Assembly (NCBI GenBank): GCA_951406725.2
Contig: OX597836.1
Span: 24,862,001-24,926,000, forward strand
Direction: 5' to 3'
Origin: Octopus vulgaris
Lineage: Eukaryota
Length of the DNA: 64,000 nt
Shown here: positions 33,301 to 48,300 of the stretch, piece after piece
Numbering within the stretch: position 1 is the first letter of the stretch
How the letters are laid out: every line of letters begins with the position of its first letter
Position numbers and translations under genes: made by a program
The notes under the pieces: generated by a model
What the model was told of the DNA's origin: nothing
The model's input: only the letters and a program-made list of their open reading frames with translations
Databases searched by the model: none

Positions 33301-36300
33301 TGTTAAAAAAAATATATTCTTCTTTATCAATCGGCAACGGTTTGTTTGGGTATTTGGGTAAATTTTTTTTGAGTAACACCCTAATATTTAAAAAAGATTT
33401 TGAGCAACACCTGTACGATTTTCACTAAGAAAAAAAAAGTCGGGTTTTTTGCATGGAATCAAAGTACCCTGACCTCCTAATATGCTGCAAATCCCTTATT
33501 TTTAGTTCGGAAAAAAATGTGGGATGGGGCGTCCCGGAATCATTGGAATTTTTTTTTTTTTTGTCCGTACCAAAATAGGGGATTTGCTGCATATTAGGAG
33601 GTCAGGATACTTGATTCCAAACAATAAATCCGAGTTTTTTTGGGGGGGGGTTTCCAAGTGGAAATCGTGCGGGTGTTACTCAAAAAATTTGTCGTTAGGT
33701 TGGGTCCAATATGAGGTCTTTTAATGTATTTCTCTGCTTTATCTAAGTGATGGCCATATCTTGTAATAGTTGACTTTACCTTTCATCGTTTCGGCATCGA
33801 CAAAAATATGCAACTTCGGGCCATCTGCCGAGAAAGGAAAATAAGATATGTCTTATGCATTAATAGTGGTAGTTGTATATAATATACATCTGTACCTCTC
33901 TACACAACATCCAGTTTATACGCTGGTAATGTTATTGTTGCGATCTTACCGGTCGAGAGAGAGAGCATCGTAATAATAGTTGTTCGGCGTTTTGGCCATA
34001 TTGTTCTTAGTGAGTTGCTTGATGATTTCTAGGTTGGGAGACATGGGCCTCCCCTCTACTTTCAGCTGAATAGCAATATTTGGCGATTTCTTTATAGTCT
34101 TGGATAATTACGAAATAATTGATATTAGCACAAAAGACTAGGTTGCACATTCTTAGCAATAACATATGTTAAATTTCTTCCCGGCTCATTTTTAGTCGTA
34201 GTTAGACTTAAAAGTTTAAAAAAGTATTTAAACGTTTTTTTTTTTTTGTCAAATATAAATGTTTTCACATACATACACGTAGGTATCTATGAGGAGTCCT
34301 CCCAAGAAACCATAGGGCATTGAAACGCCATCATCATCGTCATTTAACGTCCGTTGTCCATGCTGTTATGGGTTGGACGGTTTGACCAGAGCTGGTAAGC
34401 TGAGGGGCTGCACCAGACTCTTTCTACGGCTGGATGCCCTTCCTAACGCCAACCACTCCGAGAGTGTAATGGGTGCTTTTACATGCCGCCAGCATGAGTG
34501 CCAAATGTGTGACATCATTATCTGTTACGATTTCACCAGGCCACGCCATATCAGGCACAAATGTTCAAACTGACAAGACCTGGGATGGATAGACTAACAT
34601 GGAGCTGCACAGACTCCAGCTGTTTGCTGAGGCATAGTTTCTACGGCTGATGCCCTTCCTAACGCCAACCACTTACAGTATGCTGGGTGCTTTTCACCTG
34701 TCACCGGCACAGGTGTGTTTACGCAGCACCGGCAGGGGTGCTTTTTAAGTGGCGCTGGCACCTGAAAGGCCAAGCCTGTATATATGGAAGACAGCAATTT
34801 TACTTAGCTCAACATGTCTTATCAAGTTCAGCAGATCACCACATCTCCCCAACCCTTGTCATTTCCTCAGTGTGGCCCAGCTTCCCAAAACCCTGTCTCA
34901 CCACTTCATTCCATGCTTCCTGGGTCTGCCCCTTGCACAGACACGGTTGTCCTCATCCATAAACGGAAAATTTCTTTAACAATTCGATGTACATATGTGG
35001 CTATGGTTCATTCTTACCAGTTTAACCCCTTAACATTTAAACAGGCCATATCCAGCCAAAACTGACCTCCCACATATACCTTAAAGTGTCATTCTAAAAA
35101 TAATTAGTCTCAAAGGTACCAGGTGATACAGGAATTATTAAAAGGTCGTGGATAAATAAATATTATAGTCAACAAAGTAATCTGAATGCTAAAGAATTAA
35201 TCTGTATTGTCAAAAAATGAAAGTAAATTTCTGAGAATTGAGTTATCTCTCTCCTGTTTCTTGGAAAAGTTTCACACACGCGCATTCACCCCGCCCAGTG
35301 TCACAAAACTGTATTAATATATAAAATGTGTGTGTGTATACGTGCATGTTCGAGTGTACATTTGACTATTCAGCTCTCTCATGAAACATTAATAAATCAA
35401 TGTCATATCTATTATTCCAGTCATGATACTTTGGCTCTCTCCAGATTTATACAACAAATCAAATATATATACTTTTCTGCCTTTATTTAGGATTTCACTG
35501 GTGTCCTCTCGGCACCCTTTCTCTTGAGGAATTGCTTTACTTTGCCTATGCTTTTCTCACTATGCAGTGTGCCATATCACCTTCTCACACTGCCTTGGTG
35601 ATTTTAGTAACATCATTTGATCTGCAATGTCAGTTTTGACAACAGTGGCCTTGGTCTCCAGTCTGCCATAGACTTGGTTCTGCTGGCCTATCTTTCCCTG
35701 GTCTCCTCCAGCCGTACCCTCATTGGTGAGATAGTCCAAAAGGTAGCTGAACCCGTTGTGGTCCAGTTACCAGATTTGGCCCTAGCCAATTAGAATGCTA
35801 ATGGAGTTGCAATCCCCCAGAATATGGATGTCCAATGCAACTGGGAGGACACCAAATGCAAGTCCATCCTCAAGCAGCTAGAAACGCCTCTAGACCAGCA
35901 CCACCTTGCCTGCCTCGCAGCCAAATGCTGTCGCATGGCTCAATTTGTTGCCCTCCTCATCTACAGGTACCCTTCTAGATGATGAGTACTATTGTATTGG
36001 TCTCTGCATGTGTGAGCTTTGCGAATGTCCCTGTGGGCCAATCCTCCCCGTCGCGCCACTCTGAATAATATAATCAGAAAGGCCTTTAACGCAGCTGGCT
36101 TCCCATCTCAATGTGAATCAACAGGATAACCGTTTCCCCATTAGAGGGAGGCAGATCTCTAATCTGGTACATGATGTGCCGCAGCACATTCTCCAGCTGC
36201 AACCTGGTGCCACCGCTCAGGAAAATTGGAATATACAGGAGCCATGCCCATTGCTGTTGAGACATTAGGTGTTCTGGGACCCTGTACAGTCTATTTCCTC

Positions 36301-39300
36301 TGAAAAATAGAGAGAAATGAACCTTGAGTGGCTGCTGCAGCAAATGCTACTGGCCATTCTCCACAGCAATGTCATTGCTACGAGGCACAGCTGAGCACTG
36401 CACTTGTCCTGGGATATGTGGACCATCCCCTTCCATACCTCCACCTTCTGCTTTACTCTTCCCTAAGTTTCCTTTTTCTTGATATCTGTGTGAATCTCAA
36501 ATTTAACACTTCAAATAAACGTATTTATCCTAAACTAAAAAGTATGTTCGCCCATTTTTAATGAACATGAGAATACTATGACCAACCAGTCAAGCAACCA
36601 CATGTTTCTGCATGATTGCTTTTATCTCTCTGGCCTCCACAAGACTTCAAGGCTTAACGATGCAGAATGCAACATGTCCTGACTTGTTGCACACAAACGC
36701 TGCTACCACCTCGCCACCCACCCACATACATCAAACTGCATGTTAGAACCTGTGGGAGGATCATTAGCTTGGTAGAGTGCAAGATAAATCTTGCCACAGA
36801 CCAGCTACATAGTTGTGGCTCTTCCTTGACGGTTGACCTATGGCTACACATCAACAAACAATACTTGTGTATTTATAAAGAATAAGAGTTTGAAACACTT
36901 GCTGAGCCGTAGTTTAAAGGTTTCATTTCAACAATGGACATTGTTAATTTTTTTTATATTGCAATTTGCTTATTAATAACAATGTCAGGTTAAAGGACTT
37001 CATCTGGCCAGTCACTGCTTCTCTACATTTCTGGCTGCCAGAATAACAAGGGAGTATCCAATTTAATGCAGAACAAATATCTCAAAGGACTTTGGTCTTG
37101 ATCATAAAACACTTTTTTTTTTATATGCGAGTCCATGAAGCCAAACATTAAATCAATCAATACTTTTTTGTGTTTATTAATCCAGTCATGATACTTTGGG
37201 TCTCTCCAGATTTACACAAATCAAATGTGTACTTTTCTGCCCAGGTGCTCTTTCTCTTGAGGAAACAAACACTTCACTCTGCCTAAGCTTCTTTTCTCGT
37301 TATGCAGTGCACTGTCATTCTCTCAAAGACTACCTCTGATTTCAATAACTCCATCCAGTGCTGTGCCAAACTGATTTGCAATTTCAGTTTTGACAATACT
37401 AGCTGTGCTGGCCTGCCCTTCCCTCCCCTCCTCCTGCTGCCCCTTCATCGGTGAGGTACTCCATGGAATACCCAAACCTGATGTGGTCCAGGTACTGGAA
37501 TCAGCCCTAGCTGATGGGCTCGCTATCCTCCAGAATGTGGTCATCCAATGCAACTGGGACAATACTAAATGCAAGTCCCTCCTGAAGTGGCCAGAGACAT
37601 CACTAGACCAGCACCACCTTACCTGCCTCGTAGCCAGATATTGTTGCATGGCTCAATTTGGTGCCCTCCTCATCTACTGCTGTCCATCTTGATTATGAGT
37701 GCATCCATATTGAAGTGGCTGAACACCTTTGTCTCTGGCCTGCAGCATTAATGCAGACCAATTCCCTAGGCATTCCACTTTTAGTGACATAAATAGAAAG
37801 AGCATCGACACAACCTGCTTCCCTTCTTGAGTCAGCAGCTCTCGGCCACAGGGACAGTAAGTGCCCCGACAGGATAATCCACGTTACGTGTAGCAACACA
37901 TTCTCCAACTCTAACTTTGTAGCGTCTGCTGCAAAACCTGGTGTCATCACCCATAACATAGAGGTGGAGTGGCCATTGCAGTCATTACCGCTGGATGCAA
38001 CAGAGTACCCCACTTGCCCTGGGATATGTGTTCCATCTTTCGCTGCTTTACTCCCCCAACTTTTTTTTTCTTTTCTTTCCTGTTTCTTGGTCTCTGTGTG
38101 AATCTCCAATTTAACATTTTCTTCAAATAAACGAATTTATTCTAATAAAAAAAAAAAGTATATTCGTCTGTTTTTAAGGGATGTGAGAAAATTATGACTG
38201 TTGTTTCTCACCGATTTAGCAACCACATAGGTTTCCATATGATTGCCTTTATCTCTACCCACCACAAAACTCCAGAACACATTCTTTTTTTCCTCTTTTC
38301 TGTTCTCATCTCTCTTCTTTCTTGTTCTTTGTGTCTCTGGATTTGCTCAATAACAATGTTAGGTTGAAGGGATTTCATCTGGTCAATCACTGGTTCTCCA
38401 CTTTTCTAGCTGCCACAATAATAAGGGGGTATCCAATTTAATACAGAACAAATATCTCAAGGCACTTTGGTTGTAAAACATTTTACTTTTTTCTTTTTAT
38501 TACGTTTGTCAATGAAGGGGCTTTGTTCATAAACCTTTTTTTTTTCTTAATTTTCTCACTAATATATATATATATATATCATCATCATCATCGTTTGGTG
38601 TTCTTAGCGCTCCACTAGCACAGATGCCAGTCATCGAATTTGATTTCGATTTCACTTCAACAGATCTTCACAGGCAGAGTTTAGTGTCCAATGAAGGAAA
38701 TGTACACATAAGTGGGCTGATTACACCCTTGGCATAGGCCACGGGTTATGGTCTCATTTGGCTTGCCGGGTCTTCTCATGCACAGCATATTTCCAAAGGT
38801 TTTGGTCACTAGTCATTACCTCGGTGAGGCCTAATGTTCGAAGGTCATGCTTCATCACCTGATCTCAGGTCTTCCTGGGTCTACCTCTTCCACAGGTTCC
38901 CTCAACCGCTAGGTTGTGGCACTTTTTCACACAGCTATCCTCATTCATTCTTGCCACATGACCAGACATACATATGTTCCAAAGTGCTACATCATAGGAG
39001 TGAACCTGGAATGGCATGTTTGCAAAATGAACTCTTTAACTACAACCATTCTTTCACCTCTATTGTGTAAATTTTGGTCCAATATATATGAATTATAAGG
39101 AGCAATGCCATGGGATAGCACCAAGGGAAATATTCCTTTAAGATGCTGATTATTGAAAAACACTGACTTCCTCAAACTCACCCCAATCCTACTCCTGGTA
39201 ATCGTTCCTTCTAAAGGCTGAAGGCCAGAAATTTTGTGGGAGGGATCTTGTTGATTACATTGACCCTCAGTGCTCGACTGATAACCGTTTCATCGACCCT

Positions 39301-42300
39301 TAAAGAATGAAATGCAGGGTTGACATCAGAATTTGTACCCAGAGCATAACAATAAGCAAAATGCTGCTGAGTAGCTTACAGACTGCATTATCTGTCAACC
39401 TACTAAATTTAAGTCACAAATCTCCCTCAGCTCACACCTTCCCCCCATCTTTAAAATGGGTCACTCTGCTAGAGTATTCTCGAGAACTCACCCTGCTGCA
39501 ACTCCTTTATTCGTTTCTGCTGTACAGAAATAGAATAATTCGACAAGAGCATTCCATCTGAGACCATCCTGCCTATTGACATAATGTATAACAGGTCATG
39601 TGACTATAAAGCTGATTTCTTATTGGTTCATTTAAGTTTGGGCTCAGAGAACTTGTCTGCTGCAGAACCAATTCATAGCTGTTTCTTGTATTCATTTTTA
39701 GCTAAGATTAATTTAACAATGTGAAATGAAGTCCCTTGCTCAAGGGCACAGCATGCTGCCCACCCTGAGAATTGAACCTGCAGCTAGGCTACATGATTTC
39801 ACATAGATGTCAGTGCTATAGAGAAATATGATTCAACAAACCTGATCGAAACCATTCCATTCATGGCCATCTTCCCTGATAGGTTTGTCAACAGGCTAAG
39901 TGACTACAAAGTTTCTCTCTCTCTCCCATTGGTCCATATATATATTTGGTGTTTAGAGCAATCTGGTGTACTGCTTATGCATTTTTAACTAAAGGTCATC
40001 AAAACCCCAGGTCCACTGGGTCTGTTTGTTATCGTACCAGTATTAGAGTGTCCATTTTGCAAGATGCATACCTCTCAGTCTTTAACCCTTTCGTTACCAA
40101 ACCGGCTCTGGCTCTGAGTACAAATGTCTTGTTTTCATAAATTTTGAATTAAAATCTTCCACCAAACCTTAGTCACAATTTATGTTCTTAATACTAGCTG
40201 AATGATAACTAAGTTATTTTACTAAATTCTTTGTTATATTTAAAGTAATTGAAAGAAATATAGCGCATCTCAAAATAAATACAGTAACGAAAGGGTTAAT
40301 ATAGTGTGCAGTTCTTCACACTTTGGCAGTTTTGGATGCTTATACTCTTAAACAAAGGTGGCACATCGTTCTCTCTCTCTCTCTTCATAAAAATAGTTGC
40401 ACAACTGCTTGATTGACATGTGATACTTAGGCAGATGCATAGTTTATAGCATGGCTGTCGATGCAGCTCTAAAACAGCAAACTTGTTTAGACCTTTTGCA
40501 TTGAAATCAGTCATATCCAGCCCAAATATTATTCCTGTTTTATGACAGATTATTCTGTTAAATGTAAAACTCTCTCTCTCTCTCTTCATAAAAATAGTTG
40601 CACAATTGCTTGATAGTGACATGTGATACTTAGGCAGGTGCATAGTTTATAGCATGGCTGTTGGTGCAGCTCTAAAACAAAGCAAACTTGTTTCGTTCTT
40701 TTGCATTGAAATCAGTCATATCTATGACAAATTATTCTGTTAAATGTAAAACTTATTGAGTCATATCATTTTTTTTTTTTTTATTGAATGTCATTTTGTT
40801 AACATTTTCATAGGAAGAAAAAATTTTAAAAAAGCATTAAAAGTATATAAGATAAAATTACTGAGAAAAAAAAAATCATAACTATGTCACATAGGAGTGG
40901 CTGTGTGGTGAGTAGCTTGCTTACCAACCTAATGGTTTACGGGTTCAGTCCCACTGTGTGGCACCTTGGGCAAGCGTCTTCTACTATAGCCTCAGGCTGA
41001 CCAAAGCCTTCTGAGTGGATTTGGTAGATGGAAACTGAAAGAAACCCGTCGTATATATGTATATATATATATATCTGTGTGTCTGTGTTTGTCCCCCCAA
41101 CATTGATTGAGAGCCAATGCTGGTGTGTTTACGTCCCCATAACTTAGCGGTTCAGCAAAAGAGACCAATAGAATAAGTACCAGGCTTACAAAGAATAAGT
41201 CCTAGGGTTGATTTGCTCGACTAAAGGCGGTGCTCCAGCATGACCAGAATCAAATGAGTGAAACAAGTAAAAGAGTATCACCAAGGAAACAAAGATAAAA
41301 TATTAAAAAAAAGGAGAGGAATTAACCCTTAGTTAATGACAAGGCTGATCTGTTGGCCCAAAAGTCGAATGATGAAGAAGACTATTAGTTCATTCAGTTT
41401 CCTACAAGACTATGTATACAGTAATCCCTTGCCATATTGCAGTTCATCTATCATGGTTTATTACTTAAGCTTACATCAATTCCTCCGTGGTGTGATTTTG
41501 CAGTTACAATAAAATAAATATATACAAATTAGAAATATAATTTTAAAAAATATACTTTGGATTTTCCCCTGTCGTGGGTGGGTTTTGGAACATAACACTC
41601 ATGATAGTCAAGGGATTACTGTAGTTTTATGTATGTAAAGTAATTTATATTTTATAATTTTTTTAAAAAAAGAAGTGCATGCCCTCTGTTGGGTTTGTGA
41701 AAAGGGCTTCATCTTCATGGCACTGACGCTCCTAATGAGGCTCCATCTCCAAAGGGTTAAGCAGCAGAACAAATGGTGTGTTCAGCTATGCCTTCCAGTT
41801 ATGATTGCAAAAGCGTTGCCATGGAGAAAGGCCAGTGACATTCACTACAAGAGCTACCTCACCTTGTAGGGTTCGTTTCTCAGACAGACCATGGTTATCC
41901 TGATTTTGTGGAGGAAATCAGCAGTGTAGGATCTGAGAACATCTGAAGTCTCAATGGTGACCTGCACAAACTGATAAGTCGGTCAGACTCCTAGGCGGCC
42001 CAGTTGGAGCTGAATATGTCCCAGATTCGGAATCTGCCGCCTTCATATGGGAAGAGGATTATTTCAATCAGGGCAGCATCCTCACTGTTGTGATGTGTCG
42101 CAAGTCGTGTCGAGACCCCTTCTAATTATGTTGTTCAGAGCAGTGTCGGGGGAACCAGCCCACACTATGAATGCAGGCCAAAGTTTTGAATTAATTTTGC
42201 ATTATCTTATAACTTCAAAATTTCAAAGATGTGATTACTTTTAGAATGACATTGCATGGTAAGTACAAGAAGCTGGATCTGGCCAGTTTGAACATAGAAC

Positions 42301-45300
42301 AGGTAGAATATTTGGGCCAGTTTAAATGCTAAAGGGATGAATGCAAATTAGCAAATGACCCCCCCTCTCCTGCATTTGAAGTGAATCTAACATTAAATGA
42401 AATAAAAATAAAGTTTATCCAAAAGACACATCTATAGAATAACAATTAAATCAAAGATTTAAATCCAAAATTTACTTGCATATTGCCCTGGTACCAAGAT
42501 TTTGCTTCTGCAAGATCCTTCTTCACAGAAACCCTTAAATTTAATTTATTTTTCAGTTTTTCAGGAAACTGTCATGTGAATGTCTGTGAAAGTGGAAATG
42601 TTAATACATTGCAATTTAGTTGGAATCAGTCGATTTTGGCTGACCGTCACTTCATAAGCCTGGTTGTTTTAACCACCTGACCACTCATCTTGTTTCTGTT
42701 GTAGATCAAAGAACCTGTTGAATCATTCAAGTTAAATGCTGCTGAACTTACTGTTTCTAAAGCTTCTTTCAAGTATGAAGGTGAGTTCTGGTTTGTAATG
42801 CTTTATAATGTTAGTGTTGTTTAGTCCCAGATCAGTCTTTATTTGACTATCTCTTGTCAAAAACTACCATATCTGGTGTGTCCTTGTTTTTGTTTTAAGA
42901 TGATAGGTTTTTAAGAGAAATTTTGTTATTTCTAGCTGACTTTGGTGTACATTGTGAACCATGCAAGTTATTTAACTTTAAATCTTATGGCTCCTTGAAA
43001 ATATATAACTTTTCTTTCTCTCCTTACAAATTTTTTTAATGCTAGAAACCTGAAATTTGTTTAAAAATATAAAAAAGTCACATTCATACCTTTCCCCAAA
43101 GCACTAGTAGTGTATATAGCTAATGCTTTTTGAGAAAGGCAGATAGCTTCTGTTGAATTTAAATTTTGATTGATACCATAGCTTGCTGAGACATTCTCTC
43201 CTGCTCTCTGGAGATGGGATCCCTCTGAAATAATAGATCTATAGACAATAGGCAGTACCCAACAACAGAACACTGCTAGATATTAAATATTATCACACCT
43301 GTTCACTGTTGGAAATCTTATTTATTACAGGTGGAGAACCAGTTGACTTGAAAATTTCCTTTGTTAAGGAAAATGAAAATGTCATATTCTCTTCTTCCAG
43401 TACTTTCAAGGTATGTATTTCAATTTTTTAACTTCAATTTCATTTACGTATTTGGTAATAAAGCCTGTTATATTTATTGAGGGAAGACTATGAGAAGTGG
43501 GAGGCACTAGAAGGATGCTGTGTGACCCTGGGATCCACAATCAGCAACCACTGCTGTACAGGTTTGCTTGTTACCCCAATATTTAGCAGTTGATCTAGTA
43601 GGCTCTTAGTGTAGCTCCTTCCATCTAATATTTTAATAAGGCTGGTCACATTATTACTCCTTTTTCTTTCACTAATAAGGCTTTGTAGTAGTAATAGTAG
43701 GAGGAGGATGATGATGATGATAGTTTATAAGCTACTGACCTCACTGTTATGAGTTGGAATTTCAGTTCCACTTTCTGTTGAGCTCCTGAGCAGGACAACT
43801 CTGCTTGCTCAAGTTTACGCAGTGGTTATAACACGAGTATCACTTTACTGTAGTTGAGCCATCTGGTTCCTCTAGACTCGTGGCAAAGGGCCATTGTGCT
43901 CTTCCCTCTTTTTCTGACTTTGGCAAGGGTTGGAGCTTGAAACCAGTTTGTACTACAGCTGCGCAGGGTCATCTTTTGAGGTGGCTCTCCAGGTTTTCTT
44001 AGTGGTTTGCTCTTTAGTCTCTTCACACCGGCTGGTAACCGTGTCATGGCAGTTCTTACTGGGATATTGTCCCCCCCCCCCCCTTCATAGGTCATGCCCT
44101 GCTAGCTGCATTCTTCTGCCCTTGATTACAAGATTAAGGTATGGGGCTTGCATCTTCAAAGCACCTCTTCTTTTGTGATCTTGTCTTGAATTATATACCC
44201 AGGATTTTTCACAGGCATCTTTGTTGGAAAGTATCGATCTGTTTCTCAATTTCAGCTGTACTTTTCCAGTATCAGTAGCATTGGCTGTTGTTGAGATAAC
44301 AATTTACTAGAATAATCTTAATTTTGTTAGTTATGTGAGACTCTGATTACCATATTGATTGGAATTTGTGGAATACAGCAGCACCTTTGTCTGTCTTTAG
44401 TTTCATGTATAAGTTTCAGCATTGCCATGTACTGTTTAAATGCTACCAAGACGTGAAGTCTCAAGCCAGTCTTTTCATCTGTTTCAACCAGGACATTCGT
44501 CATGGCTCTTCTTGCCAACAACTGCACAGAAATGCAGGCTAAGTCATCAGCAAAGTGTAAATCTGCTTGATTCATTCTTCTCCATTGTATAGTTGATTAG
44601 ACATGAAATTTTTAAAAAAATCATATTTTATTGGAGGGATTGTTTTAGCATTTATTTACATATTCTTTGATTTGCTTTGTAACGTGGCCTTCTTATTTTG
44701 TTTCATATCAGAGTAAACACTGAAGGGGTCAAACAAACCCAATAAAAACAGTAGCACCTGATTTCCTGTTGTTGCTTGGCTGCAAGGTCAAGGTTTGATA
44801 GTTCTGGCTCACAATACCTTTTGATAAATGATTTAATCCACTTGAAATTTCTCAGTTTAAAATTATTATTTTTTAATTTGCAGGCTGGATTCGGTGTGCT
44901 CCACATTGAATTTGCAGGGGAACTCAATGATCGAATGCGAGGTTTTTACCACAGCCAGTACACGGTTTCCAGTGGCAGAGTTGTTCATTTGGCAGTCACT
45001 CAGTTTGAGGTAGGTGATCATTTGAGATGACCCTCACCATCGTTGGTTTTCTTTCAGCCAATATGTTGGCTCAGTGGGCCTACTTACACTGCACGGTTTA
45101 ACACTAGCACATGGGTTTGAGAACCCTCATCAGAGATAACTCTGCAAACATTCATTTCAGACTGCCAATTCCTTTTCCATTCCCCATCCATGTTTTCCCT
45201 TTAAACATTGATTTAAATCAGGGATTCTCAACAGGGAGCCATAAGGCCCTTAGGGGTTCATAAAAGATTTTATTAAAATTTGGTTATACTTTTACAATAC

Positions 45301-48300
45301 ACAAAATATTTTAACTTTTTTTTTTTTTACAATTCCTGTTATTTAATTCTAAAAAAATTAATAGAATTTTTTTTCTCATCAAATAGCTGTGAGGGTCCAG
45401 CAGAGTAAAACAGGAACCAAGGGGCTTCATAGGTTAAAAAATGGTTAAGAATCACTGATACCCAGACAAATTACTCTCACCAGTCTCCTGGTACCTTCAA
45501 TGCTCATTGACACTCCCTTACTCATTGTGGATGACCCATTAGAAATAAAAATTCAAGTCCTGGAAGATGTATTTTCATGTTTTAGGTTTAGCCCCTTCAC
45601 TACTCGTATCCAAGGCTAAATCCTGAGAAGACTTTAGCTGGACTCTTTATGGGCCAACAAAATATTCTGGCCAACCAGTCACAATATTCAGAACCTTCCG
45701 TTTCAAACTCAACTAGGGATCTTCTCTACAGAGAGAAGCATCCTTCAGAGCTGAAAAGAAAGTTCAAATTTTATTGCAGTCTAGAACCAGCAAACTAACT
45801 GATAAACCAGTGGGCCTAGATCATTTTCACTGACAGCTCGTAGCACTTTTTCATCCATTCACGTGCCATAAGTATTGCAGCAGTCATGCATCATCTGATG
45901 GCTTTAATTTCCTGTAACTTACTTATATTCTACCAATCACATTATCACATCAATGATAATAAAAATCCTTTCTACTAAAGGCACAAGGCCTGAAATTGGG
46001 GGTAAGGGGATAGTCGATTTCATCGGGGGGCCCCCCCCCCCCCCGAGTTTCACTGGTACTTAATTTATCAAGACATAGGATGAAAGGCAAAGTTGAACTC
46101 GGAACACTGCAGCAGACAAAATACCACTAAGCATTTTGCCCAGCATGCTAACGATTCTGTCAGCTCACTGCCTTAAAAATAATGATAATCTTAATCATTT
46201 AGCGTTCACTTTCCATGCTGGCGTGGGTTGGACGGTTTGGCATGGAGCTGGGAGCTCTCCGGACTCCAACTGTCTGTTGTGGTTATGGTTTCTGTGGCTG
46301 GATGCTCTTCCTAACATTGACCACTTAACAGTGTGTGCTGGATGGCATTTTATATGCCACCAGCACCTGAAAGGAGAAGCCTGTATGTGTAGAAGAGAGC
46401 AATTTTACTTAGCCTGCACGCATATGAGCTTGTCCTTTCAGTTGCCAGTGCTGCATAATAATAGGCACATGACAGAATTTGAATTCAGAACATGAAGATA
46501 AGCGAAATGCTTAGTGGTGTGCTAACAATTCTGCCAGCTTACTCTTGTAAGTGGTGATGGTAGTGGACGGTACCATTTTAAGAGTTAAGTGTCTTGGTTA
46601 AGAACATGAGACAGTCCTGGTGATGGGGGGGGTGACTGCTGACTTCTCTAGTTATTCGGCCATAACCACTCTGTAAGGTAACAGGGACAAGAGGAAATAT
46701 TGAAGGATTTCAGCATTTGTTTGTTCTGTGGGGAAGGGCTCTAACCAAAACAATAAATATCGCCTTACCTTATCTTTATTTCACAGCTTCAAGTATGGTG
46801 TAGAAACATAGCATTGTATGATGCTGGCAACCAAACAAGTAGGGATCCATTGTGATAAATTACTGTTTTCATTTGTTGTTGTGAATGCTACTAAGTGTAC
46901 TTCTTCTCTTTGTTATTGCATATTTCACCAGTCGACAGATGCCCGTCGTGCATTCCCTTGCTGGGATGAACCATCATTCAAGGCTACTTTTGACATCACT
47001 TTAGTTTTTCCTAATCATTTAACAGGCTTATCAAATATGGTAAGACTTCATTTTTCTTCTTCATTTTATGCTTTTTAAAAACAAAAAAATACTAAGTTAC
47101 TTTTGTTTTTGTTTTTTTTAAATATAACTAATTATTATTATTATAGTAGGTCAACTAACCCATTTGAGTGGGACCCAGCTGTGCTAAGAAACAACTTGTC
47201 ATTTATATAGTAGTCAGCTGTCTCTCTTACATTAAGGTGTACTGGTTCATTTGTGTGTATGGTCTATATGAGTACACAATTTTGCTGATTTGTCTTGAAA
47301 CAATTGCCATTTCTTAAATCTTCCCCAACGCAGAATAATCTAGTCTCTGAGAGGTAGTTGTAGAAAGAAGAAACGTCATTCTAAAATACAGTCTTTTTCT
47401 TTCAGTATCTCTTTAATGTACACGTGTGTGTGTGTGTGTGTGTATATAACACACCAAAAGATTAACTCTTTAGCATTTAAAGTGGCCACACCCGGCCCAG
47501 AAATTTCTACCCATTTTACATTCAAACTGACTAGATCCAGCCTGTCATACCTATCCTACAATGTTATCCTAAAGATAAACAATCACATCATTGAAATCTC
47601 AAAGCTATGAGGTAATGCATGATTAATTTGAAAGAATGTAAATAAATAAGCATCACATGTAACTGTGTAATCTGAATGCTAAAGGACCGAATTGCTCTAA
47701 GTTAATCAATTTTAACAATCGAAAGAAAGTGTCAGTGTCAGGAAGGACATCCAGCTATAGAAACTATGCCAAAACAGATGGTTGGAGCTTGGTGTAGCTC
47801 TCTGGCTTGCCAGCTCCAGTTGACCCATCCAGCTCATGCCAGTATGAGAAATAGACATTAAATAATAATGATGATGATGATGATATTAATGTGTACCTAG
47901 TTAGGTATGTATGTCTGTATGTATTTCTAGGCTTTCAAAGTATATAAACTATTTCGTTTCATTCTGTAATGAACAACTTTTGCTTCAGACAAACATTATC
48001 TTTGCCAATTCTGATCATGTTTTGGTCATTTGCCATTTACGTTTTTCAGCCAGTTACTGAAGAGAAAACTCACTCAACTGATCCCAAGTTGAAGGTGATG
48101 AAGTTTGAAAGGAGTCCTAAAATGTCTACATATTTGTTGGCATTTATAATTGGTGAATTTGACTACCTGGAAGGTAGAGATTCAGATAACGTCCTTGTTC
48201 GCGTTTATACACCATTGGAGAAGAGGGATCAAGGACAGTTTGCTCTTGATGTAAGTTAAGTGTTTTCCATGGGTCTTTTAACCCTTTCGTTACTGTATTT

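Noticed and set aside
33808-33975. Alternative coding first exon for NPEPPS
   Set aside because: All ATG-initiated frames hit stops before the donor-like site; at most non-coding
41675-42180. GC-richer stretch with short ORFs in intron 1
   Set aside because: No recognisable motif; probably an old TE fragment that I cannot assign
42557-42680. Extra exon before NPEPPS exon 2 (ttttcag acceptors)
   Set aside because: No similarity to M1 peptidases, and exon 1 already joins exon 2 in frame without a gap
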